Shown: positions 1 through 8,259 of the stretch, piece by piece
Position numbering within the stretch: position 1 is the stretch's first letter
How the letters are laid out: every line of letters begins with the position of its first letter
Assembly (NCBI GenBank): GCA_050251875.1
Contig: JBFWMA010000002.1
Coordinates: 192,001-256,000, forward strand
Length of the DNA: 64,000 nt
DNA from: Deferribacterales bacterium
Lineage (GTDB): Bacteria; Chrysiogenota; Deferribacteres; Deferribacterales; Geovibrionaceae
Reading direction: 5' to 3'
The notes under the pieces: model-generated
What the model was told of the DNA's origin: nothing
Databases searched by the model: none
Seen by the model: the letters and a program-made list of their open reading frames with translations, nothing else
Program-made: the position numbers and the translations under genes

Positions 1-473
1 CTCCGGCTGATCTGCCGGACTCTAAATTTATAAAATTAATCAGGAACAGTGTGAGAGACAGGGTGTTTTTCACCGAGGAAGATTATTTCGGGCATATCAG
101 CCGTCTGCTTTTGCCTCTGTGCGGTAAAAGCCCCGATCCGGTTATGTCGTATTGGCTGAACAGCAGAGACTGCTCCGTCAGCGATATAAAGCGGTATTTC
201 GGCGTGTCGCAGAAAACAGTAACCAGAAAGATGTCATCCCTGTCCGGTCTTAATCCTTCGCTCCTGAACAGAGTGAGGAGGTTTCAGAGGGCGCTGAGTC
301 TGATGAGGACGTCCGTCTGTCTTACTGATGTGGCTCACGAGGCGGGGTATTTCGACCAGCCGCATTTCATCAGGGATTTCAGAGAGTTTTCCGGCGTCCG
401 CCCATCTGATTTCGCCGGGCTGATGAATTCTATGAATGTCCGTTTCATACAATTCCCTGCCGGAGTGATATGA
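1..473 (+). CDS. AraC-family transcriptional regulator, C-terminal HTH part (5' truncated by window edge)
   Basis: Frame is open from position 3; C-terminal 'LTDVAHEAGYFDQPHFIRDFREFSGVRP' is the AraC second-HTH signature. Confidence 0.9.
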   Translation, partial: PADLPDSKFIKLIRNSVRDRVFFTEEDYFGHISRLLLPLCGKSPDPVMSYWLNSRDCSVSDIKRYFGVSQKTVTRKMSSLSGLNPSLLNRVRRFQRALSLMRTSVCLTDVAHEAGYFDQPHFIRDFREFSGVRPSDFAGLMNSMNVRFIQFPAGVI

Positions 474-494
474 TATCTTTCATATCAGGAGGAT

Positions 495-950
495 ATGATG
501 ATTAAATATGACAGCGCGGTACTTTTTTGTAAAGATGTCAGGGCTTCGCATGATTTTTACGGCGGCGTTCTGGGGCTGGAGACCAAGATGGATAACGGCG
601 GTCATGTCGCCTATGTCTGCGGGCTTTCCATCTGGGATATAAATATGGCTCACGGGCTTGTTTTCGGCGGGGAAAGACCGGGCGGAAGCGGTTCTTTTGA
701 GCTGTGTTTTGTTTCAGATGATATAATGGCGGATTATGACAGGCTGAAAGGCTCAGCGGCGGTGATGACGGAGCCAATGGAACAGCCCTGGGGTCAGTTT
801 GTGTTCAGACTGTCCGATCCGGATGGATACACTGTGGAGTTCGGCGAACGGCTTTCATCTACATTGAGGAGGCTCAGAGATGCCGGGCTAAGCGATGATG
901 AGATAGAGAAGAAATGCCACGCGCCTGTGGCTGTACTTGAAAAGTTATAA
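495..950 (+). CDS. VOC / glyoxalase-bleomycin resistance family protein
   Basis: RBS AGGAGG; motifs 'KDVRASHDFY', 'EQPWGQ..FRLSDPDGYTVEFGE'. Confidence 0.88.
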   Translation: MMIKYDSAVLFCKDVRASHDFYGGVLGLETKMDNGGHVAYVCGLSIWDINMAHGLVFGGERPGGSGSFELCFVSDDIMADYDRLKGSAAVMTEPMEQPWGQFVFRLSDPDGYTVEFGERLSSTLRRLRDAGLSDDEIEKKCHAPVAVLEKL

Positions 951-980
951 AAAAGAGGCTCCGGTTAAGGAGCCTCTTTT
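951..980. terminator. Bidirectional intrinsic terminator
   Basis: AAAAGAGGCTCC-GGTTAA-GGAGCCTCTTTT between convergent genes. Confidence 0.85.
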
Positions 981-1000
981 TATATATGTTATAGAAATTA

Positions 1001-1693
1001 TTACTGATCCAGAAGGGAGAAAGCCGCCTCGGCAGCCTCATCGAATTTAACATCGGAAACGTCCTGACCGTCTATGCTGATAGCCTGTCCGGCTGTCATA
1101 TCGAAAGATTTTACGAATTCTGTGTATTCTTTCTGAAGTTCGGCGAGATATTGGTCGTATTCACCTGTCATTTTTTTCAGATATGCTTCGTATTCGTCCA
1201 TAACTACTTCTTTATGCTTTTTGAAGTCGCCTTCTTTAGACTCAACGGAGATCACGCCCTCTTTAAGATATACGTTGCATTTGCCGTCATCTGTCATATC
1301 CACAAGAAATTGTGTGCCTTTTACCCCGATAACCGCAGTTTTCAGTCCGATAGATACGCCGGATTCGCCGCCTCTCTTTTTGATGCTGAAGACAACCTTG
1401 CCACTTTCCGGGTTAATTTTGTTATTTTTACCGAAAGAAGCGATGGAATTTTCGTCCAGAGCGATTTTGTCTCCGCTGTTCAGCTCGATAACCGCTGTGG
1501 ATGTCCTTTTTGTGGATATTTTGCTCATAAGTGCGAAAGAGGTGTTGTCCGTCTTAATATCGGTTCCTCTGGGGGATGAGCCATCGAATATCTGCACTTT
1601 TCCGGTGAATTTTTTAACTGAGCCTATGGTTTCCGCGGAATAAGCGGCGGATATGAATGTGAAGCAGATCAGCAGTAATAATAATTTTTTCAT
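1001..1693 (-). CDS. Exported FecR-domain protein
   Basis: Signal peptide; 'TAVIGVKGTQFLV', 'VYLKEGVISV', 'MTAGQ' match the FecR domain pattern; RBS AGGAG. Confidence 0.8.
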   Translation of the reverse strand: MKKLLLLLICFTFISAAYSAETIGSVKKFTGKVQIFDGSSPRGTDIKTDNTSFALMSKISTKRTSTAVIELNSGDKIALDENSIASFGKNNKINPESGKVVFSIKKRGGESGVSIGLKTAVIGVKGTQFLVDMTDDGKCNVYLKEGVISVESKEGDFKKHKEVVMDEYEAYLKKMTGEYDQYLAELQKEYTEFVKSFDMTAGQAISIDGQDVSDVKFDEAAEAAFSLLDQ

Positions 1694-1857
1694 AAGAACT
1701 CCTTTTAATGCACGCTACAACATTTAAGATTTTGAGTTAAGTGAAAAGTACCTGTTCATATTAAAGATTATATAGTAATTTTCATAAAATAATATGGAAA
1801 CATTACCATCGGTATGTTAAATTCAATTAAATGATTGTATGCATGGAGGTACTGAAA

Positions 1858-2424
1858 ATGAAGAAACTTATCCTGGCAATATCTGTCCTGGCTCTGATGC
1901 TGGCAGGTTGCGCTAAGCAAGAAGCGAAACAGCAGCTCGCTGACCCTTGTTTTGTCGGCGCTCCCTCATGGGTTCTGAATCCTCAGGTTGAAGGCGCTCT
2001 GGCAGCCGTTGGCTCAGCTCAGAAATCTAAAGCAGGTATGCAGTTCACAAGAGACGCCGCTATGGCTAACGCCAGAAGCGAGATCACCAGAATGATCGAA
2101 GTAAAAGTTAATACTATGATGAAAGATTTCACACAGACAACAGGCGTAGGCGATGCTGAAACTGTTGATAAAGTGACTTCTTCCGTTTCCAAACAAATAG
2201 CTAGCCAGACTCTGCAAGGCACACAGCAGAAAGACATCTGGATGTCTCCTTGCAGCGAACTGTATGTTCTTGTAGTTCTTAACCCCACAAAGGTTGCCGA
2301 GCTCACAAAACAGCAGGTTTCCACAAGCCTGAAAAACGATCAGGCTCTGTGGCAGCAGTTCCAGGCTAAAAAAGCTCAGGACGAACTTGACGCTGCTATA
2401 GACAAAGAATTCAAACAACAGTAA
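1858..2424 (+). CDS. LPP20-family lipoprotein
   Basis: Start reassigned to ATG 1858 (RBS GGAGGT); lipobox LAGC; 'APSWV..P...AVGSA...AMANARSEI...V.V'. Confidence 0.85.
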   Translation: MKKLILAISVLALMLAGCAKQEAKQQLADPCFVGAPSWVLNPQVEGALAAVGSAQKSKAGMQFTRDAAMANARSEITRMIEVKVNTMMKDFTQTTGVGDAETVDKVTSSVSKQIASQTLQGTQQKDIWMSPCSELYVLVVLNPTKVAELTKQQVSTSLKNDQALWQQFQAKKAQDELDAAIDKEFKQQ

Positions 2425-2442
2425 CAATTAACCGAAATCCCT

Positions 2443-2473
2443 AAAAAGGGCAGTCAAAAGCTGCCCTTTTTTT
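2443..2473 (+). terminator. Intrinsic terminator inside the lipoprotein cluster
   Basis: AAAAAGGGCAG-TCAAAAG-CTGCCCTTTTTTT. Confidence 0.8.
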
Positions 2474-2486
2474 ATAGGTAAACATC

Positions 2487-2906
2487 ATGAGAACAACAGC
2501 ATTCATTATATTGACCATATTATTTTCAGTATTCTTTTTCGGCTGCGCCACCACAGGCGATCCCTCATCTGTAAAACTGATAAACGGAAAACCAAGCTGG
2601 TTCTATACCCCCTCTCTTAACGGAAAGACAGGCGGGGTAGGCGTCAGCGGAATACATGTGGACGGCAAGACAGGTCAGAAATCCCTCGCCGCTCAGCGTG
2701 CTCTGGAAGAAATAGCCAAGCAGATGGGCGTTAAGGTATCCTCTTTCTCCACCATCAGATCGGAGTCGGATAACAACGGATCCAGTGTTTCCGGTCAGTC
2801 CAGCTCTTTTTTTACTGTTGACGGAACAGAGGTAAAAGCCAAAATTGTAGAGATGTGGGAAGACCCGTATACCCACGAACTATATGTCTGGATGGTTGCT
2901 CAATGA
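2487..2906 (+). CDS. LPP20-like lipoprotein
   Basis: Lipobox-like FFGC; 'PSWFYTP...GGVG...Q..LA..RALEEIAKQMGVKV', similar to the neighbouring paralogs. Confidence 0.75.
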   Translation: MRTTAFIILTILFSVFFFGCATTGDPSSVKLINGKPSWFYTPSLNGKTGGVGVSGIHVDGKTGQKSLAAQRALEEIAKQMGVKVSSFSTIRSESDNNGSSVSGQSSSFFTVDGTEVKAKIVEMWEDPYTHELYVWMVAQ

Positions 2907-4090
2907 AAAAATTTTTAGTATTGCTGACTGTTTTTCTTGTATTTTCCGCCTTTGCGGATGAGTTCGAGGATTATAAGAATCAGGATACAAACAGCTTCAA
3001 AAGCTCAAAGGACGAATGGACCTCTTATAAAGAAGAGACCGAGCGCGGTTTTGAGATGTACAAAGACGTTATGGAGAAGGAATTCGCTCAGTATAAGAAC
3101 GAAATAGCGAAGGTCTGGGATGATGTTGTCGTCTCTGACAACTATACATGGGTTGAATATCTCAATAACTACAAGATCAGAAAAATAGTTAATTATGATA
3201 AAGGCGAGATGAAGATAGACGTTGTGGGCTTTCAGAACATGCCCGACTTCACCCCGGTGGTGAAGGATGTTCTGAATGAGGATTCCGCCACAGCTTTTTA
3301 CCGTGACCCTGTGTCTTCCAACACAGAAAAGAAGATCAAGGAACTGGTGCCTAATGTCGTGACAGACAAGGTGAAGTCTGAACCTGTGGTGCAGAAGCTG
3401 TATTCCGACAAACCAATGACGGATACACAGGTCAACTCTCTGGCGAAAAAGCTGACAGACGGCGCCGGATACACCACTTCAAAGAACGAAAAAACAGGGC
3501 AGACGGTTTATACCATGACCGTGAAACTGCCTGAAGACATCTATAAAAAAGGCGCAGAGAGCGTTAAACCTCATGTGCAGACATATGCCAAGACTTTTCA
3601 GCTAGATCCGGCTCTGGTGATGGCTGTGATATTTACCGAGAGCAGATTTAACCCCATGGCGAAATCATATGTCCCCGCATACGGGTTGATGCAGATCGTT
3701 CCGAAGTCTGCCGGTCTGGACGCCACAAAATATCTGGAAGGCTCCGAGAGGATTCTTGCCCCGTCATATCTTTATAACCCTGAAAACAATGTGAAGGTAG
3801 GCACAGCTTATTTTTACCTGCTGTACTACAAATATTTTAAAGGCGTTAATAATGATCTGAGCAGGCTCTACTGCTCTATTGCCGCATATAACACAGGCGC
3901 CGGCGGCGTGGCATATGCCTTTAACAAGGACGCCAACAGATCGAAATACAGCGTTACGGCGGCTCTGGGAACGATCAATTCCATGAGCTCCGATCAGGTG
4001 TATAACTATCTGAAAACCAACCTGCGCTATGAAGAAGCCAGAAACTATCTGGTGAGAGTATACGGCAAGATAAGCGACTACAGGGAGTAA
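2903..4090 (+). CDS. mltC: MltC-like lytic murein transglycosylase (N-terminal extension + SLT domain)
   Basis: Start reassigned to ATG 2903 (ATGA overlap, signal peptide); SLT motifs 'TESRFNPMAKS', 'AYGLMQIVP', 'AAYNTG', 'EARNYL'. Confidence 0.85.
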   Translation: MKKFLVLLTVFLVFSAFADEFEDYKNQDTNSFKSSKDEWTSYKEETERGFEMYKDVMEKEFAQYKNEIAKVWDDVVVSDNYTWVEYLNNYKIRKIVNYDKGEMKIDVVGFQNMPDFTPVVKDVLNEDSATAFYRDPVSSNTEKKIKELVPNVVTDKVKSEPVVQKLYSDKPMTDTQVNSLAKKLTDGAGYTTSKNEKTGQTVYTMTVKLPEDIYKKGAESVKPHVQTYAKTFQLDPALVMAVIFTESRFNPMAKSYVPAYGLMQIVPKSAGLDATKYLEGSERILAPSYLYNPENNVKVGTAYFYLLYYKYFKGVNNDLSRLYCSIAAYNTGAGGVAYAFNKDANRSKYSVTAALGTINSMSSDQVYNYLKTNLRYEEARNYLVRVYGKISDYRE

Positions 4091-4093
4091 ACA

Positions 4094-4765
4094 ATGAGAA
4101 TTATAATAGCTGTAAGTATTTTATCCATTCTGATGTTCGGCTGTATGCCGGAGAAAAAAGCCGTTGTGAAGCCGCAGACAAACAGCGCCAAAACACAGCA
4201 GATGCTGGCGGATCAGGCTGAGGCGGAGATGGATGAGGATATTAAGAACGGTTATCCGTCCATAAAAGAACCTTCATACACTAAACCCGCAGCCCAGCAG
4301 AAACCTCAGGCTGTGCAGAAGCCCCAGGCAGTTCAGAAGCAGGAAGAACCCAAAGAGGCTCTGCCCGAAAGAAAAGTGACAACGCTCGGCTCGCTGAAAC
4401 CCGTCACGAAATATCCCATGCAGGGCGATTATCCCGTATGGTTTTACTCCCCCGTGTATGACGGATATATAGGAGCTGTGGGCATAGCGCCTAAACAGCG
4501 CTCCGGCGGTCTGTCCGCTCAGAAGAGGGTGGCAAAAATGCAGGCTCAGAAAGAACTGGCAAAACAGATCGAGGTTCTGGTGAAGTCTGAGGTGTCTGTA
4601 GAGACTCTTAATGTGGATAAGCCCACCGTGAAGTATTATCAGGAAAAAATCAGCTCTATGACCAGAGAATCCGCAGATCAGTTTCTCACCGGATTCAAGG
4701 TGCAGGATGAGTGGATAGATGAAAAGACAGGTGAGTACTATATGTGGATGGTACTTCAGAAATAA
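4094..4765 (+). CDS. LPP20-like lipoprotein with Q/P-rich linker
   Basis: Lipobox MFGC; QKPQAV repeats; C-terminal 'PVWFYSP..GYIGAVG...AQKELAKQIEVLV'. Confidence 0.75.
   Translation: MRIIIAVSILSILMFGCMPEKKAVVKPQTNSAKTQQMLADQAEAEMDEDIKNGYPSIKEPSYTKPAAQQKPQAVQKPQAVQKQEEPKEALPERKVTTLGSLKPVTKYPMQGDYPVWFYSPVYDGYIGAVGIAPKQRSGGLSAQKRVAKMQAQKELAKQIEVLVKSEVSVETLNVDKPTVKYYQEKISSMTRESADQFLTGFKVQDEWIDEKTGEYYMWMVLQK
4298..4339 (+). repeat. Degenerate 18-bp coding tandem repeat (QKPQAV, about 2.3 copies)
   Basis: cagaaacctcaggctgtg / cagaagccccaggcagtt / cagaag. Confidence 0.7.
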
Positions 4766-4933
4766 CGGATAAACATTATTATATTTGATAATTTGTTAAT
4801 AATGTTTAGTTTTCTGAGAGACAAAATATAGATTATATTAGGGGTAAGTTGTGTTTCAGCTTGCTTTTTTGTTAAATATAATCTTAAATAGGTATAGATT
4901 ATAACTAATTTTGTACTCAGAACAGGTTGGGAA

Positions 4934-5251
4934 ATGAAAATTACAGTTGATGACAAAGGTTCCGCCAAAGTTATCAGACCTTACGGCAAGATAGACATAC
5001 TGACATCCTCAGAGCTAAGATCAACGCTTAGCGAGCTTACAAAAAAGAAAGTAATGAAGGTCATAGTCGATCTGGCACAGGTAACATATCTCGACTCGTC
5101 CGGGCTTGCCACTCTGCTGGAGGCTCTGAAAAACCTGAAGGAATACGAAGGTAAACTTCAGCTGGCGAATGTGCCTGACAGGATTCTGAAGGTGATGTCG
5201 CTGATGAAGCTGGATCTCATCTTTGAAATTATCGAAGACAACACGATATAA
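4934..5251 (+). CDS. STAS-domain anti-sigma factor antagonist
   Basis: 'VDLAQVTYLDSSGLATL' phosphorylatable-Ser motif. Confidence 0.92.
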   Translation: MKITVDDKGSAKVIRPYGKIDILTSSELRSTLSELTKKKVMKVIVDLAQVTYLDSSGLATLLEALKNLKEYEGKLQLANVPDRILKVMSLMKLDLIFEIIEDNTI

Positions 5252-5281
5252 AAAAAGCCCGCTTATGCGGGCTTTATTTTT
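5252..5281. terminator. Bidirectional intrinsic terminator
   Basis: AAAGCCCGC-TTAT-GCGGGCTTT with A/T tails. Confidence 0.8.
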
Positions 5282-5974
5282 TTAATCTTCTATATCTGCT
5301 TTCCATCCGGAGAATATTGAACTGATATCACCGGCGTGTGTTCTGAAGTCCACCAGAATAGCGGCATAAAGGTGCGCCATCAGGAAGACGAACGTGATGA
5401 ATATTCCGAAGAAGTGCAGGTATCTCACCCACTGATTAGACAGAACAGCGAAGATGCTTCCGAAGAAGGCGTACATGCCGCTGTTGGTGTCATACTGAGA
5501 CCACAGGGCGAATCCGCTGAATATCTGATAGAGGAAGATGATGTATATTCCTATATAGGCGTATTGAGCCATAGGGTTATGCGTCAGTACATGTTTTGGT
5601 TTTCTTTCCAGAAACAGATAATATTTCAGGTAGGAGAAGATGTATTGTCTGTCTTTCTTTCTGAAAGGGTTGTAGAAGGTGCGGATATTCGCGTATTTGT
5701 TACCGACTATCGCCCACCATGCCCTCACCATGATAGTGATGGTGAATATTATTCCGGTGAGATAGTGAATGTATCTTACCCTTCCCATCATATAGGGGAA
5801 ATCCACAGGGTTGTGCTTAATGAAGGGATAGTGCATGTAGAGTCCTGTCATAACCAGAACAATGATACACAGCACATTAACCCAGTGTGTGATGCGCACC
5901 GGGGCTTCCCAGACATATACAAACCCTTTTGCCGGACATTGCATATACTTGCGGTCATTTACTGCTGACGCCAT
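5282..5974 (-). CDS. Ni/Fe-hydrogenase b-type cytochrome subunit (HyaC/HydC-like)
   Basis: 'YVWEAPVRITHWVN', 'RYIHY', 'HNPMAQ', 'RYLHF', 'HLY', 'ISSIFSGWK'; 4 TM segments. Confidence 0.9.
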   Translation of the reverse strand: MASAVNDRKYMQCPAKGFVYVWEAPVRITHWVNVLCIIVLVMTGLYMHYPFIKHNPVDFPYMMGRVRYIHYLTGIIFTITIMVRAWWAIVGNKYANIRTFYNPFRKKDRQYIFSYLKYYLFLERKPKHVLTHNPMAQYAYIGIYIIFLYQIFSGFALWSQYDTNSGMYAFFGSIFAVLSNQWVRYLHFFGIFITFVFLMAHLYAAILVDFRTHAGDISSIFSGWKADIED

Positions 5975-6054
5975 TATGTCCTCCGTTGCTGGTTTAATAC
6001 CATAGTTTAAAACTATTTTTCGAAATAGTCTAATAAAATTAAGAAAAATATTGA

Positions 6055-6633
6055 TTAGTCGATCAGGGAATTGATCTCCGGAAGAACGTTTTCGATAAAG
6101 TATTGAACGCTTTTGAGTTCTGACTTTTCACATTTTGATCTGATCTCAAGATATTTGTTTTTGAAGGGGCTGTTGTTGCCCAGACGGTATTCCGTGAGGC
6201 ACTCCAGCATGGCGTCTATATAGTCGGCGTATTTCAGTATCCGACCTTCCAGAGTGTCGTCTTTTCCGTTGAAGAGCATCTCTCTGTAGATGTCTTTATA
6301 GGGCTCGTCCAGATTAACCAGCAGAAGCTCGTTGACAATCATCTCCTCGATATCGTTCACCGCCGCCTTCATCTTGGGCGTTTTGTTCTTCACATGGCTG
6401 AGGATATCACCGGTAAAAGCCTCCACAACATCGTGGTTCAGTGATTTTTTGAACAATATCTCCCAGTTGATGGTGTTTCCCATGCTCTCTTCTATAATAC
6501 CGAGCATCTGCGCTATCTGTGTCACCAGAAACGAATGTTCCGCCACGGAAGAGCGCACATGCATAAAATCGCTCGCCCAGCGGCTGATGTGATTCAGTTT
6601 TCTTGCGGCGTGAATATATTGTCCAAGTCCCAC
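6055..6633 (-). CDS. yfbR: HD-domain 5'-deoxynucleotidase (YfbR-like)
   Basis: 'ISRW...SVAEHSF', 'LNHDVVEAFTGDI', 'KYADYIDA'. Confidence 0.85.
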   Translation of the reverse strand: MGLGQYIHAARKLNHISRWASDFMHVRSSVAEHSFLVTQIAQMLGIIEESMGNTINWEILFKKSLNHDVVEAFTGDILSHVKNKTPKMKAAVNDIEEMIVNELLLVNLDEPYKDIYREMLFNGKDDTLEGRILKYADYIDAMLECLTEYRLGNNSPFKNKYLEIRSKCEKSELKSVQYFIENVLPEINSLID

Positions 6634-6741
6634 TTTCCACCTCTGAAATGGTTATCGGTTGAAAAAATAATATGTTTAATGGTGATTTTTATTTTGCTCA
6701 ATGTTATATTTATTTAAATAAATACATTTGCGTGAAGAACA

Positions 6742-7998
6742 ATGAAATTTGATAATTTTCTTGTGGGGCGGCAGCCTATACTGAACAGTGACGAAGAAGT
6801 ATTCGCATATGAGTTCCTTTTCAGAAAGGCAGGCTCCATAGAAAACAAAGCAGAAATACTTGATTCCGTTGTCGCTACATCCAGAGTTCTCGTAAACATA
6901 TTTCAGAACTTCGGCATAAAAAGCCTCACCAACGACAGACTCGCTTTCATCAATATCGATGAAGATATCGTTTATAAAGACATCCTGGATGTTCTGCCCA
7001 GGGATAAAGTCGTTCTGGAGATTGTGGAATCCACGAAAGTTACCAAAACATTCATAGACAGAATAGCCTTGTACCACAAAGCCGGATATATGTTCGCTCT
7101 GGACGATTTCGTCATCAGTCCGCAGTATTTTTCCATGTTCATGCCGTTGTTTCCCTTTGTGGAATACATCAAGGTGGACATGAAAGAGAACTGCATAGAA
7201 AAAATCGGCGCTCTGCAAAAGGTCTTCAGAGGCAAGCATATGAAAATGCTCGCCGAAAAGGTGGAGACCAGAGAGGATTTTCAGTTCACCAAAGATCTGG
7301 GCTTTGACCTCTTTCAGGGATATTTCTTTGAAAAACCCACTATCATTCTGAAGAAAAACATCGAGCCGGCGCAGGCTCTCATCCTTAATCTGCTGTCGCT
7401 GCTCTGTCAGAACGCAGATATGAACAAGATAGAGGCGGAGTTTCGTGTTCAGCCCGAGCTGTCGCTGAAACTTCTGAAACTTATAAACGCATGTTCATAC
7501 TGTCTCAGAAACGAGATCAGCAGCATACGCCACGCCCTTACGCTTATCGGCATGGAAAACATGCGTAAATGGCTGACAATAATGCTTTATGCCGGAACAC
7601 CATCTCAGCCTGTGAAATCTTCTCTGCTGGAAACTGCCATGCTGAGGGCTCATACACTTGAGCTTTTATCAATAAAGATATATGGTAGCAGCTACAAGGG
7701 CAGGGCAGACGCATTTTTCATCGGCATGCTCTCCTATGTGGATGTGGTGCTGGGCATCAGCAGAAAAGAGCTGATGGACTCCATCAATGTGAAACAGGTT
7801 ATTTACGAAGCTGTTGTGAACAGAGACGGTGAGCTGGGGAAACTGCTCTCGCTCATCGAGGATACTGACGATGTTCACTCCGAGATCAATTCCGCCACTC
7901 TGAAACAGTATGGGCTGACAGAGGACGACATCTCGGACATAAAATTTCAGGGTCTGGAGTGGCTCGCCGAACAACAGAGTGTTTACAATACTTTATAA
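6742..7998 (+). CDS. EAL + HDOD domain protein (c-di-GMP signalling, YuxH/PdeH-like)
   Basis: 'RQPI...YEFLFR', 'ALDDF', 'LAEKVET', 'FQGYFF', followed by HDOD 'LSLKLLKLIN...SSIRHAL..IG'. Confidence 0.9.
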   Translation: MKFDNFLVGRQPILNSDEEVFAYEFLFRKAGSIENKAEILDSVVATSRVLVNIFQNFGIKSLTNDRLAFINIDEDIVYKDILDVLPRDKVVLEIVESTKVTKTFIDRIALYHKAGYMFALDDFVISPQYFSMFMPLFPFVEYIKVDMKENCIEKIGALQKVFRGKHMKMLAEKVETREDFQFTKDLGFDLFQGYFFEKPTIILKKNIEPAQALILNLLSLLCQNADMNKIEAEFRVQPELSLKLLKLINACSYCLRNEISSIRHALTLIGMENMRKWLTIMLYAGTPSQPVKSSLLETAMLRAHTLELLSIKIYGSSYKGRADAFFIGMLSYVDVVLGISRKELMDSINVKQVIYEAVVNRDGELGKLLSLIEDTDDVHSEINSATLKQYGLTEDDISDIKFQGLEWLAEQQSVYNTL

Positions 7999-8028
7999 AA
8001 AGATATATTTGGTCTTATAAGGCTGGAC

Positions 8029-8259
8029 ATGACAAAAAACACGAGATATAGTCAGAATACGGCAGTTATTGTGGAAGATTCCAAATGCGCTCAGTGCGTT
8101 CATTTCAGGCGTCTGCTTATTCCTGAGATGAAGCGCTGTTTCAGTCTGAAGTGCGCCGCGGCGGACAGATATCTCAAATCGCCCAGAAAAAGCTGCAGCA
8201 TGTTTCAGCCCGAAACATGGGAAAAATTCTTAGAATCAGGAGGGGATGATGAGGATTGA
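8029..8259 (+). CDS. Small cysteine-rich hypothetical protein
   Basis: 76 aa, CxxC plus three further Cys; fills the gap and overlaps the malic enzyme start. Confidence 0.55.
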   Translation: MTKNTRYSQNTAVIVEDSKCAQCVHFRRLLIPEMKRCFSLKCAAADRYLKSPRKSCSMFQPETWEKFLESGGDDED

